Shown here in pieces: positions 18,533 to 28,228 of a stretch of DNA of 64,000 nucleotides. The position numbers and the translations under genes are program-made. Each line of letters begins with the position of its first letter. Position 1 is the stretch's first letter. The notes beneath the pieces were generated by a model. The model was not told the origin of the DNA. It saw only the letters and a program-made list of their open reading frames with translations, and did not search any database. The stretch lies in IMG/VR virus record IMGVR_UViG_3300044213_000107, positions 1 to 64,000 of that record; one strand, given 5' to 3'.

Positions 18533-19888
18533 ATGAATATCAATCACAATCAAGTTGCTGTCGTATTGTACGATAACATACTACCCCAATACAAGAGTGT
18601 TAGAGCAAACTTACACGATTTTACTGAATTTAAACTAAATGGTAAACAACAATTTACTATTTTTGAAACAGAAAATGTATCCGATACTTTAACTGAACTC
18701 ACCGATCGAGAATTTGATTGGGCAGTTGTTATTGCAATTGGTACATACCTGCAAGGACAACATACTGTATTTAATACTTTGGATTTTGTCACAAATGAAA
18801 ATAGTCCACTATGTTGTCATATTATAAACAAGAACAACTGTTTTTATATGGATAGCCAATATTTTGCCATAGATTTAAAAACATACAAACAATTAGGTTG
18901 TCCTAGATTCGAAGAAACTGATAACACACAAATTGAAATTCCTGACATTCTAAGAAGTACAGATAATGTACACGATGATTATACTCCGTGGTGGATCAAA
19001 CCCGGTAATGGAACAAAACAACAGTATTCGGGTATGGGCCACTTTGGAATTCAAGCGGTATCAACATATATAGATGCTGGATATCAAATTGTTAACATTC
19101 CGCAATCGGTTCGTAGTCAAAAGAATTATAGTTATCCAAATTGGAATTACAATGATCTAGTAAATTTAATTGCAGATCCCAAATATGCAGTTCCGGAAAA
19201 CACAGGATTATTTTGGTTTAATCGGGATCTGAAAGTATTAACAAATAGTTTGAATCATGGCTATTATGTTATAAACACAGAAACTTTTTCTCGCAGTCCA
19301 CGTTCGGATAAAACACCATTGGATGTATTCATTGGTGTGTGCGGAGGATTTAAACCTGCATGCATAGTAGGTAAAGATAATTTTAGTGAAGATACAAAAG
19401 TATATCTTTATGATATTAGTCAAGCTGCAATTGATTGGCAACGATATTTAAAAACAAATTGGGACGGCGACCTAGACAAATTTGAATCTACGTTCAATTC
19501 TTTTCAGTCACAAAACCCAACTTACATGCCATTGTATTATGCTCATGAACCAATGAAAATAAACATAGATTGGTTTTTACAATCAGCAAACTTATCCGCA
19601 GAAGAATTCACCGCTCGTTGGCAAAAATATTTAAAAATGCCAACGGAGTTTATAAATCTAAATTTATTAGACAATGATGCAGTTGATCAATTAATTGCAA
19701 TATCTAAGAATTGCTCAAAAGGTGCTTACATATGGACCAGTAATGCATTTTTTATGGATTATATAATGTTCTTTAAATCTCGTGCCTGGACAAATCAAAA
19801 ACAACAAGATTTTATCAATGAACTAACATCAAAGGCCACTAAAACTATAGTGTTGGAAAACTGTGGTCAATTGACATTTATCAAGTAG
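18533..19888 (+). CDS. Hypothetical protein (possible nucleotide-sugar or SAM-binding enzyme)
   Basis: 451-aa ORF, AATAAATA late promoter at 18520-18527. Confidence 0.7.
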   Translation: MNINHNQVAVVLYDNILPQYKSVRANLHDFTEFKLNGKQQFTIFETENVSDTLTELTDREFDWAVVIAIGTYLQGQHTVFNTLDFVTNENSPLCCHIINKNNCFYMDSQYFAIDLKTYKQLGCPRFEETDNTQIEIPDILRSTDNVHDDYTPWWIKPGNGTKQQYSGMGHFGIQAVSTYIDAGYQIVNIPQSVRSQKNYSYPNWNYNDLVNLIADPKYAVPENTGLFWFNRDLKVLTNSLNHGYYVINTETFSRSPRSDKTPLDVFIGVCGGFKPACIVGKDNFSEDTKVYLYDISQAAIDWQRYLKTNWDGDLDKFESTFNSFQSQNPTYMPLYYAHEPMKINIDWFLQSANLSAEEFTARWQKYLKMPTEFINLNLLDNDAVDQLIAISKNCSKGAYIWTSNAFFMDYIMFFKSRAWTNQKQQDFINELTSKATKTIVLENCGQLTFIK

Positions 19889-20549
19889 CGTGTATTAGTA
19901 TTACGTCTTTGTGATCAACGACGTTATATTTTCGCCAGTTACTACTTGCATGCACGTATGTGCGATCAAACATACCCAATGAACCTAATTCATAGTTGTA
20001 TATGCCATCTAGTTCTAGGTAATTACAGATAATGCGATTACCTAATACACAGTGGTCAACATCATCGGCATGGCTAAGCTCGGGCAATTGTTGACCTTGT
20101 TCTAATTGAGTATTAATTTCTAGCAGTCCTGCTATTAATTCTTCGTTTGTAAAAAATTCTTGTTTCCAAACTATAGTTTTAAAAATATTGTTGGTATTTT
20201 CATATAGTGGAATTATACAACTTTTACCTATTTGTTTAGCATTTCTGTCGCCAGGTTCGTCAACATGTATCGAATGTGGAAGAATTTGTCTTTGATAAGC
20301 AACATATAATTGCACATGTTGTTTCATTAGAGATCTAAATGTTTTTTCTATGATTTTAAATGCACGATCAGAATGATCTAATACAACTCTTAAATCTAAT
20401 ACATCTGTGTCTACATTGTAGATTTGTTTGGCTTTTTCTCTATCATATGGTCTACTAGTAACACGGTCTGTGGCGAACTTTTCTGCCATGTCAGATCTAA
20501 GCCATTCTATTTGTTCTAGCGTTAAAAAATTTTTAAAACTCTCAACCAT
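19881..20549 (-). CDS. 2OG-Fe(II) oxygenase-like protein
   Basis: H-V-D ... FDR.YVH.S metal-triad pattern. Confidence 0.55.
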   Translation of the reverse strand: MVESFKNFLTLEQIEWLRSDMAEKFATDRVTSRPYDREKAKQIYNVDTDVLDLRVVLDHSDRAFKIIEKTFRSLMKQHVQLYVAYQRQILPHSIHVDEPGDRNAKQIGKSCIIPLYENTNNIFKTIVWKQEFFTNEELIAGLLEINTQLEQGQQLPELSHADDVDHCVLGNRIICNYLELDGIYNYELGSLGMFDRTYVHASSNWRKYNVVDHKDVILIHAT

Positions 20550-21252
20550 TTTGCGCTTTCTTATAACTGTCTAATACTAGTCGGTTCCAATTGGGGTTTT
20601 TAGGTTCGCCGTGTACTATTATATGATACCGAGGGATATCACTATCGTTGTATACTGCATGTGTAATCCCATTGTCAAATAAAAATACACTACCGGTATT
20701 TTTAAATGGTAAACATCCGTCTGTGGTAACCATATTACAACCTTCAGGATGATTTAAACTTATATTAACGGCTGCATGCAAATGCCTTCTTTGATTGTCT
20801 CGATGTGGAGTGATATATCCTCCGGGTTCTAACAACATATATCGTAGTCTATGATATTTGGTGTAGGGAAAGATATTTTTAAAATAGTTTACTGTAACAG
20901 GACAACGATCTTGAATTTCTGTCCAGGTATAAGGTGCAGTATCCCAGGTCATTCCGTAACTTTCTGCACTACCAGTGTGTGTTGCACTTATTCCGTGAAC
21001 ACATAAACTATGCCAGCCTTGATGACTATTTTCGTCACCACGATGTTCAACGAACAGTTCTCTGAGATTTTTAGCCTCCTCTAGCATTTCTGTATATGGA
21101 GCATCGATTAATAATTCTAGCCATGGAGCCATTGATTTTGTATACACCCATTCTGTTTGTTCCCACCAATTGGCAATATCTTCGGGAATATGCGGATACG
21201 TGAATGTATTGTTTTTATTTTCGTCTACAAATTTTTGTGCGGCCGGGTGCAT
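20542..21252 (-). CDS. Aspartyl/asparaginyl beta-hydroxylase-like 2OG-Fe(II) oxygenase
   Basis: LRYMLLEPGGYITPHRD, FD...HAVYN.S..PRYHII; start revised to MHPAAQ after AAGGA. Confidence 0.85.
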   Translation of the reverse strand: MHPAAQKFVDENKNNTFTYPHIPEDIANWWEQTEWVYTKSMAPWLELLIDAPYTEMLEEAKNLRELFVEHRGDENSHQGWHSLCVHGISATHTGSAESYGMTWDTAPYTWTEIQDRCPVTVNYFKNIFPYTKYHRLRYMLLEPGGYITPHRDNQRRHLHAAVNISLNHPEGCNMVTTDGCLPFKNTGSVFLFDNGITHAVYNDSDIPRYHIIVHGEPKNPNWNRLVLDSYKKAQNG

Positions 21253-21265
21253 AGTTAAATCCTTG

Positions 21266-21360
21266 GTGCTCACTTTCGGGATGTTTGGGCACGACTCCTA
21301 CTAATCCCGGGCCAGCAGCCGGCCCACACCTCCGTTACGAATAACGGGTCCTAAGGGTGT
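21266..21360 (-). ncRNA. Structured GC-rich RNA candidate (multi-stem, possible pseudoknot), unassigned
   Basis: ACACC/GGUGU closing CCGUUA-UUCG-UAACGG; GGGCCGG-CUG-CUGGCCC; GGGAU...AUCCC; 3' GUGAGCA can pair with UGCU. Confidence 0.65.
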
Positions 21361-22502
21361 TTTAGTAGCTGATACGCTTCGGGAAATGTATCGGCAAAAT
21401 TCTCTTTACGTAGGGAATCATACCCATCGGTAACACGTTTAAATTCTTGTAATAACTCCGGCGAATTATCGACACCCATCTCAAGCTGTGGAATCAAATG
21501 TTTCACAGCAGTATTGGTTAATTTATTTTTAACAGCTTGTTTCATTGAATCAGGTGCTATACGCATATTTAAGTGCAATGGTCTATGCAGTATATTAAAT
21601 CCACATGTTATTCCACGTTGGTTAAAGTACTGCCATATATCACTGGCATAATATATATTTAACAAACTTACAGTAACACATACACTTAAAACAACATTTG
21701 GATTTTCTGCAGCTAACTGTTGATATTTTGATAAGTTAACTTCAATCTCTGACCATTTTGCAGGATAACGCATATACTCAAATTGTTTGCCAATGCCATC
21801 CATGCTAATACCTATATCAACACTACGAAACTTTTTAAAAATTTCATAGTAATCATCTCTCCATACGGTTCCGTTAGTGTTTATGTGTATATCTACCGTA
21901 TCGGCTAAAGGCAGTTGGCTTGCAGCAGCAAGTAGTGACCAAAGAGGTTCAATTAGCAACGGCTCGGCGCCGTACAGGTCATAATAAACTATATCTTGAG
22001 CCCATTGATTTAATGTAGCCCAGGTTGCACTATCATCGGCAAAACTTTGTTGCGCACCACGAAACTGTTCTAGATAAACGGGATACGATGTTTCATCCGC
22101 TTCCACATGATAGTAATCACGAATCCAACGACTGCTCGTATGAGGGTTACAGTGCCTACAAGCAAGGTTGCACAAATTACCGGGCTTGAGCATAATAACA
22201 CGAGGATGGTCCGTAGGTATAACATTGGCAAACTGTTCATTACTTAATAACCTTTTACTGCGCCTTCCGGCTGCTTCTTCGTCCCAGCAGTCTTGGCAGT
22301 TGTGATGTTGCTGATTTGATTTTAATGCACTGGCAATTTCTTGTCTTGTGGGACTCGCCCATGCGTCTTCTAGCGTATGTTGATCAAGTCGAATAAGTGA
22401 TTGATCGTGATGTTGAAACCAAACACGACTTTGATTACACATTGATGCATAGCCACCATTTTGTGTACTTAGTCCTAGATCGGCTAACACACAATAGGTC
22501 AT
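21351..22502 (-). CDS. Radical SAM protein (Twitch/SPASM-like)
   Basis: CNLACRHC, GAEPL, INTNG, SMDG; start revised to MTYC. Confidence 0.9.
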   Translation of the reverse strand: MTYCVLADLGLSTQNGGYASMCNQSRVWFQHHDQSLIRLDQHTLEDAWASPTRQEIASALKSNQQHHNCQDCWDEEAAGRRSKRLLSNEQFANVIPTDHPRVIMLKPGNLCNLACRHCNPHTSSRWIRDYYHVEADETSYPVYLEQFRGAQQSFADDSATWATLNQWAQDIVYYDLYGAEPLLIEPLWSLLAAASQLPLADTVDIHINTNGTVWRDDYYEIFKKFRSVDIGISMDGIGKQFEYMRYPAKWSEIEVNLSKYQQLAAENPNVVLSVCVTVSLLNIYYASDIWQYFNQRGITCGFNILHRPLHLNMRIAPDSMKQAVKNKLTNTAVKHLIPQLEMGVDNSPELLQEFKRVTDGYDSLRKENFADTFPEAYQLLKHP

Positions 22503-23635
22503 TGAAATTCGGGCCAAAGATCGGCAAATTTTAGTGGACTATCGGGCCAGTATGTGTGTTCTTGTTCTGCATGCCAATCGTATAAGGTTTGAGTTTCTGC
22601 ATCGGGATTGTTGGCCTTAACTAAATTAGCAGCTTGCTCTTTAAAAAATTCTGCGGACTGTGGATTATATTTGATACTTTTAATTAATTCTCGTGCAGAT
22701 TGTTGCATAAATTTGTTAGGCAAACTAAATGCACTCAATCTATGTGGATGTGTTAGTTCTGCCCAACGTATTGGTGGCAGTTGGTTGTCTGCAAAATATT
22801 CATGTATGCTGCTAATATCTAAACAATTATACACACTAAACTGACCAGTTACATTAACACTTTGATGTGGTGCAGCATCTTTTAATGTTTGTATGTTGTG
22901 CAGCATCAACTGCCAGTCTGCCCCATGCCGCACATATTCAAAACGATCTTCTATGGTTTCAAAACTTATATCCCAGGTAACATTGTCAAGCTCGGTTAGT
23001 CTACGAAATATTTTATTTTTTTCTAATGGAACACTAAGATTGGTTATTACATTTATGTGTACTGAATTGTCAATGACATCTAGTAGTAGTTCGTTTTCTT
23101 TTTGTAACAACGGCTCACCACCAAGTAGTCCTAGATTTTTAATTGTGCTGCGATGCTGAACAATATAATCCATTATGCCTTGGATGTCAGCATAGTCTGC
23201 ACGTTCAAGTGGGTGTCCTTTTAATTGAGCCCAAATACTGCTAGCTTCTGACCCACAGTATACACAACTTAAATTACAGGTATTTGACCAACGAATGTCG
23301 AGATTTTGTAGTGGTTGATCTTTTAAACTAACAATAGGTATAGTTCGACGTTCGGCAATATCGTTATACCATGTGCGTTCTGTTACAGGAGTGTGTCGTT
23401 CGCGATCAATGCAAATGCGGCAATTATCATGTTCTTGATTATTAACAATAGCTGTTTTAATTTCATCTAGTAGACTATTGTTAATTGCAGAATCTAAACT
23501 AACTTCTCGCAGATTTCCCAATTCTGTTTGGCCAGCACAACAGGTCTTATAAACACCCAACGGGTTTATATGTATATTTGTCCAAGGAGCATAGCAAAAG
23601 TTTGACCCAATATCCGGGGTTAAATTGATTGTCAT
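22499..23635 (-). CDS. Radical SAM protein (Twitch/SPASM-like)
   Basis: CNLSCVYC, GGEPL; CYAPW..CC..CRIC. Confidence 0.9.
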   Translation of the reverse strand: MTINLTPDIGSNFCYAPWTNIHINPLGVYKTCCAGQTELGNLREVSLDSAINNSLLDEIKTAIVNNQEHDNCRICIDRERHTPVTERTWYNDIAERRTIPIVSLKDQPLQNLDIRWSNTCNLSCVYCGSEASSIWAQLKGHPLERADYADIQGIMDYIVQHRSTIKNLGLLGGEPLLQKENELLLDVIDNSVHINVITNLSVPLEKNKIFRRLTELDNVTWDISFETIEDRFEYVRHGADWQLMLHNIQTLKDAAPHQSVNVTGQFSVYNCLDISSIHEYFADNQLPPIRWAELTHPHRLSAFSLPNKFMQQSARELIKSIKYNPQSAEFFKEQAANLVKANNPDAETQTLYDWHAEQEHTYWPDSPLKFADLWPEFQ

Positions 23636-23649
23636 TGTGTATTTAACTA

Positions 23650-24297
23650 TTATTTTAAAGCATGGGGCAATAAAGTATTCAGCCTTATCTGTATAGTCAG
23701 TAATAATTCATCATAATTTAATGGTTTAGGAGTCTGCATGTGAATACTAAGCCAATTTAACGGTATATCTTCATAAAATATTTCTTGGTCATATCTAATA
23801 GAATTACTTCTGGGATCTTGTAAAATGCTTTCAAGTATAGATTCATCTATAATAGACATGTCTATATCAATAGGAGAATTTTCAACATCAGCATATGCAT
23901 CACGCACTAATTTTTCTTCAGTAGTGTACCACCATATATTTCTTTTTTTAGCAATATACAAACTCTCTATTCTCTCTATTTCATTTTTTCTTTGTAATTT
24001 TATTATATATGCATCACTCATTATTTTTTCTAAAAGTGATCTTGGATATTTAACAGGTTTAGAATGAGTGTCAGGGTAGTCTATTAGATTATGATTTGGT
24101 GTTTTTAAAATATATTGATCGTTGTTTGCGGCAAAATCTAAGAAATCTAAAAATTCAGATGCATTGTGTTCAGGTTCTAAAAATAATCTAAGAGACGGAT
24201 ATAAAGAATGAAGATACGTTGCAAATACATTGCTGCCAGTTCTTGGTCGACAAGCAATGACTATTGGAAATTTGTTTATATTATTGAAGAAGTCCAT
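23650..24297 (-). CDS. Sulfotransferase-like (Stf0-type P-loop) protein
   Basis: PRTGSN, L.RKN....SL, IFYED; very AT-rich. Confidence 0.55.
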   Translation of the reverse strand: MDFFNNINKFPIVIACRPRTGSNVFATYLHSLYPSLRLFLEPEHNASEFLDFLDFAANNDQYILKTPNHNLIDYPDTHSKPVKYPRSLLEKIMSDAYIIKLQRKNEIERIESLYIAKKRNIWWYTTEEKLVRDAYADVENSPIDIDMSIIDESILESILQDPRSNSIRYDQEIFYEDIPLNWLSIHMQTPKPLNYDELLLTIQIRLNTLLPHALK

Positions 24298-24361
24298 ATG
24301 ATAGGTCTACAGATACTGCAGAAATAATTATAATGTATTTAATCTGTAATTTTTACAGACT

Positions 24362-26254
24362 TTACTTTTTTGTGTACTGCTTACGCAATAGTACCTTAAT
24401 AAGATTTTGAACCCTAGGATCAGTAGGTGGCAACATAGTCTTTTCAACGTGCCAATAACCTAGAGTTTTATCTTCCCAGCTGCCAAATTTGACAATTTTG
24501 TTGACTCCTGGGCCAAACTGTGCCTGTGCCATAGCACCCAGAGATTTGACAGAATCTGGTACAAAAGTCATGGTGTAGAATTTATTGACATTTTGACCAT
24601 CAAGTTTAGCTCGAAATTCTTGATTTTGTACTCGAGATACTATGCGAGTTTTGGCCTGAGCATCGCCGGCCTGTATCGAAGAAGCCGTCAACTTGATACC
24701 ATTGTTTTCCAAACCTGCTTTGGCCACTTTGTCAACATCAGATCGACCAGTATACACACTGGCCGTGATCATGGGCGCACCCTTGGTACGCACAAAATCC
24801 AGCACTCGTTCTATGGCAGTGTTTTTTTGTATTTGATCAGTATCAGGGCCTTGCATTAACTTAGCCAACTTGGACTGATACTCTTGACGATAAGCAGCAG
24901 GATCGCTGGCTATGATCATGGCACGCACAAAACGTCCTATCACATTGTACACACCCTGAAAGTCCTGTAGATAGTTGCCACCAGCATGTCTAAAACTAAT
25001 ATACTTGCCGTTGTTGCTGATACTACTGGTATGGCTGCCAGTGGCATTGTTGGCTATGCTCTGCAACATTTTCAAATCTGTATCTTTATTGACTGCGTTC
25101 TTTACCAGGTGTCCCTGCGCACTGCGGGCATAGTCATTGTGCTCGCGACCAAAGTATTTGAGCACATATTGGTCGCCCAGAAATACTGCCAATTTTAACA
25201 AATCCAGTTTCTGCGGAATACTGACATTGATGTGTAGGCCAGTGGTTTTGTTGGTATACAGTCCCTGTTGCTGAGCCAAGGCATAGAAATTCTTGACAGC
25301 ATCTATGGCTTCGGCCACCGGCAAGGGCGGACTCACTATTTCGGCACTGGCATCTTCGTCTTTGTCAGCAGTCAAACTGCCGTCGGGCTCGATGTACCAG
25401 TTTTTTAAATTTTTGTCTTCTTGATGATAGCTGTCAAACACAGTGACCTTGCGTCCCATGACAGACTGTATTATGGGTTTGAGTGCATCGGCCGCTTTTC
25501 TATAGAGTCGGTCATCGTCATCATCGTAGTCATCATCGGCGTAATCTTTGAGATTTAATTCTGCCCATACTGCCGAAGGAGAGTATTGAAAAAATCGGCT
25601 GGTGTGACGGTCTATACCCATGCTAGCACCAGTCAACCATGACAAAAATCCATTCCAGCTTGATGAGTCATCAACGGTACGAACTATCTCTGATCCTACA
25701 GCAAATATTTTTGATTTGTTGTAGTCTGCATACACATATCGACCAAACAGTCTTGCGAATCGCATCTGATCCTGTAGGCTGGTACTGTCAAAGGAAAAAT
25801 CAGGTTTGCTGTCGCGCATCAGCTTTAGAGCTTTTTTGGCACATTTTTCTTTTACATCATCAGGCAGCTTGTTGTAGAGTTCTATGATTTTTGGCAGGTG
25901 GCCCGAATACCAGACTTGATAAGCCTCATTAGCAGTACGGAATCCGCGATAGGGTCTTTTGAATTTGAACAAGGAGTCAAACCATTTGGTAGAAAGTACC
26001 ACACCGTTTTCAAAAGTTGAGCCAACGTTGTTGTCCCAAACATTGGCATAGTACATGGCATCATCTGCTTGCTTGGCAGTGATCGTGGCATCATCTGATG
26101 TTTTTTGAAATACAGCCGGGGGCACATGCACTTCAAATTCAAATCCGATTAATACACCAGCACCCTGCCCTTGCTCAATGGCGTTAGCAAAAGCACTAGG
26201 ATTCATTGGTGCTTCAACAACGCTGCGTGATTCAATGATGTCTTTTATATACAT
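24362..26254 (-). CDS. Putative amidoligase (COOH-NH2 ligase) with capsid-targeting-like N-terminus
   Basis: GFEFE, IEPDGSL, EIVSPP, TGLHINVS, ISFR..GG; N-terminus MYIKDIIES. Confidence 0.8.
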   Translation of the reverse strand: MYIKDIIESRSVVEAPMNPSAFANAIEQGQGAGVLIGFEFEVHVPPAVFQKTSDDATITAKQADDAMYYANVWDNNVGSTFENGVVLSTKWFDSLFKFKRPYRGFRTANEAYQVWYSGHLPKIIELYNKLPDDVKEKCAKKALKLMRDSKPDFSFDSTSLQDQMRFARLFGRYVYADYNKSKIFAVGSEIVRTVDDSSSWNGFLSWLTGASMGIDRHTSRFFQYSPSAVWAELNLKDYADDDYDDDDDRLYRKAADALKPIIQSVMGRKVTVFDSYHQEDKNLKNWYIEPDGSLTADKDEDASAEIVSPPLPVAEAIDAVKNFYALAQQQGLYTNKTTGLHINVSIPQKLDLLKLAVFLGDQYVLKYFGREHNDYARSAQGHLVKNAVNKDTDLKMLQSIANNATGSHTSSISNNGKYISFRHAGGNYLQDFQGVYNVIGRFVRAMIIASDPAAYRQEYQSKLAKLMQGPDTDQIQKNTAIERVLDFVRTKGAPMITASVYTGRSDVDKVAKAGLENNGIKLTASSIQAGDAQAKTRIVSRVQNQEFRAKLDGQNVNKFYTMTFVPDSVKSLGAMAQAQFGPGVNKIVKFGSWEDKTLGYWHVEKTMLPPTDPRVQNLIKVLLRKQYTKK

Positions 26255-26259
26255 ATCAA

Positions 26260-26267
26260 TATTTATC
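26260..26267 (-). promoter_or_regulatory. T4-like late promoter (GATAAATA)
   Basis: 5 bp upstream of the amidoligase ATG. Confidence 0.6.
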
Positions 26268-27795
26268 GTAAACTTAAAGCTTGATCTTGTTGGCTAGCAT
26301 ATGCTTTATGTAGTTTATCAATATAACCCAGGTTTCGTAATATTTTAAATGATAAGTTTTCTACGCCAAACTCGCCATGTTTGTCTAATCCCGATCTGCG
26401 CATTTGTTTTAACTTATATACAATTCGTATAATATCTTCGGGGTCGTTGGCTTGATTTACTGCAACATCTATTTGTTTCATTAGATCACGTGTTTTTGCA
26501 TTTATAGCACGATCATCAATTTGTGGGCGATCAAATTTGGGTTCCTTAATCCACTTTCCGTGTAATAAACTGTAAACACCGGCACTAACAGGAGGATTGT
26601 TAACATCCTCGACATACATTTCTACTTCATGTCCGTATATGGTAATATCATGTTCGGTATTCCAAATACGCTTTTTCGCAGAATAAAATTTTTCTGCTAG
26701 GTCATCACATTTTAAGTCTGCGTATTTGGTTACTACATGTACATCAAAATCACTGTATTTGGTATAGTTGTAGTTAGCCATACTTCCTGTTAATACTACA
26801 TCAATGACACGAAAATCTGGTATGTCTAAACTGTGTGTAAAAAATAGTGCAGTTTTTAATAACTGTAATTGCACCCGTGGATCAATGTCATTATCATGCC
26901 AGACCCGCGGATTTAATGCATCGTGGTAAGCAACATTGTTCTGTACATAACTTTCAGCAACAATAGGTTTATTTTTATAATATTCTGGAAAGCGTCGCCC
27001 AAACTCTCTCATGATAATGCCGGCAACTGCATTAGCTTCATTTTCTTGATCACTGCCAGTTTCGCCGTCACTGTAGTTTAAATTGCCTGTTTGATCCTGG
27101 CGAAAGTGTGTCAACTCATGGCCCATGGTTCTTACAATGTCTAACGGATGACGATTCGCAATACCAAGAACCATTTCACTTTGATCTGCATCATAATAAC
27201 CGAATGTTGGTTGTCCACCTTGTGGCGGTATTTCTCGAACTAGCTTTATTCGAGGTACATGTGTAATACCAATTATCTCTGCGGCCATTGGCAAAAAGTC
27301 CTGCATCATAGCGATAAAATCGTCGTCGCTGGTTTCAAGAAACTCATTGGCAATAGACTGACAAATTTTTCTAATTTTAGGATTAGACGTTTCAACTTCG
27401 GCAAACTGTCGTTGCTCTCCGTGCTGTGTTGGATCCTTATATCCGCAGTAGACTTTTTTAACTGTGCTTTGATTTATTAAATCTGTACAACTTGATTGAT
27501 ATCTATCATCCATGTCTTGATTGCATGGACTTAGTGTTGTGACAATGATACTACCTTCGGGTATATCACCATACTTGTTTTGATAGTTGTCAATTGCTAC
27601 TCTTTCGGCATGCACACGTTGACCATCTGGTCCTGGAGAATTCACACCAACTGCAATACGATGGTCGGGATCTAATACACAGGCTGCAACTAATCCAAAG
27701 TCTTGTTGGCTTTTTTGTCCATTGATGACTGCCTGGCAAAGTTCAATCAATACCGAGTCTAAATGCTGATAGTTACTGACTTCATTGTCTTTCAT
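26263..27795 (-). CDS. Three-domain fusion: Zn-deaminase + HExxH metallopeptidase-like + pol-beta-type nucleotidyltransferase
   Basis: HAE..TLSPC..C; HELTH..E.EANA; LTGS..DFDVH..E.YVE; start revised to MKDNE (ATGA-type coupling). Confidence 0.8.
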   Translation of the reverse strand: MKDNEVSNYQHLDSVLIELCQAVINGQKSQQDFGLVAACVLDPDHRIAVGVNSPGPDGQRVHAERVAIDNYQNKYGDIPEGSIIVTTLSPCNQDMDDRYQSSCTDLINQSTVKKVYCGYKDPTQHGEQRQFAEVETSNPKIRKICQSIANEFLETSDDDFIAMMQDFLPMAAEIIGITHVPRIKLVREIPPQGGQPTFGYYDADQSEMVLGIANRHPLDIVRTMGHELTHFRQDQTGNLNYSDGETGSDQENEANAVAGIIMREFGRRFPEYYKNKPIVAESYVQNNVAYHDALNPRVWHDNDIDPRVQLQLLKTALFFTHSLDIPDFRVIDVVLTGSMANYNYTKYSDFDVHVVTKYADLKCDDLAEKFYSAKKRIWNTEHDITIYGHEVEMYVEDVNNPPVSAGVYSLLHGKWIKEPKFDRPQIDDRAINAKTRDLMKQIDVAVNQANDPEDIIRIVYKLKQMRRSGLDKHGEFGVENLSFKILRNLGYIDKLHKAYASQQDQALSLR

Positions 27796-28226
27796 CTTAG
27801 GCTTGACTTTAACATCCACCCGTGTTTTTCATGTGCATCCATGCGTTCAGCAAGGAAGTTACTAAATCCATGTTTGCCTTCGGCTTCGGCTAAATCATAG
27901 ACTATTTTAAACATACCAATGGCTTTTTGATTGTCTTCAATAAGTTGATGTACCATGGCCATCTGTGGCGGTATTTCTGTTTCATCTTCGATTTGTGTTA
28001 GTACACTAAATCTAGTGTAGCTGGCCGGCACAAATGCTCCTAGACTGCGAATCTTTTCTGCAAAGTCGTCAATCGCATCATAAACTTCTTCGTAGATTTT
28101 ACCAAAAAGACCGTGATACTCATAGAAGTCAGCACCAGTTACATTCCAGTGATAGTTGTGTGCTTTTAGATAAAAGCTGAATTCTGTGGCAAATGCTATT
28201 TTTGCTGCTTTTTGTAGTTCATCCAT
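27792..28226 (-). CDS. dps: Dps/ferritin-like DNA-protection protein
   Basis: HNYHWNVTG..F...H, D..AEKIR.LG, HEKHGWML. Confidence 0.92.
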   Translation of the reverse strand: MDELQKAAKIAFATEFSFYLKAHNYHWNVTGADFYEYHGLFGKIYEEVYDAIDDFAEKIRSLGAFVPASYTRFSVLTQIEDETEIPPQMAMVHQLIEDNQKAIGMFKIVYDLAEAEGKHGFSNFLAERMDAHEKHGWMLKSSLR

Positions 28227-28228
28227 TG

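Noticed and set aside
21266-21360. tRNA, HDV-like/twister ribozyme or SAM-I assignment for the structured RNA
   Set aside because: No cloverleaf or TTC loop; the required catalytic or ligand consensus could not be matched by eye.
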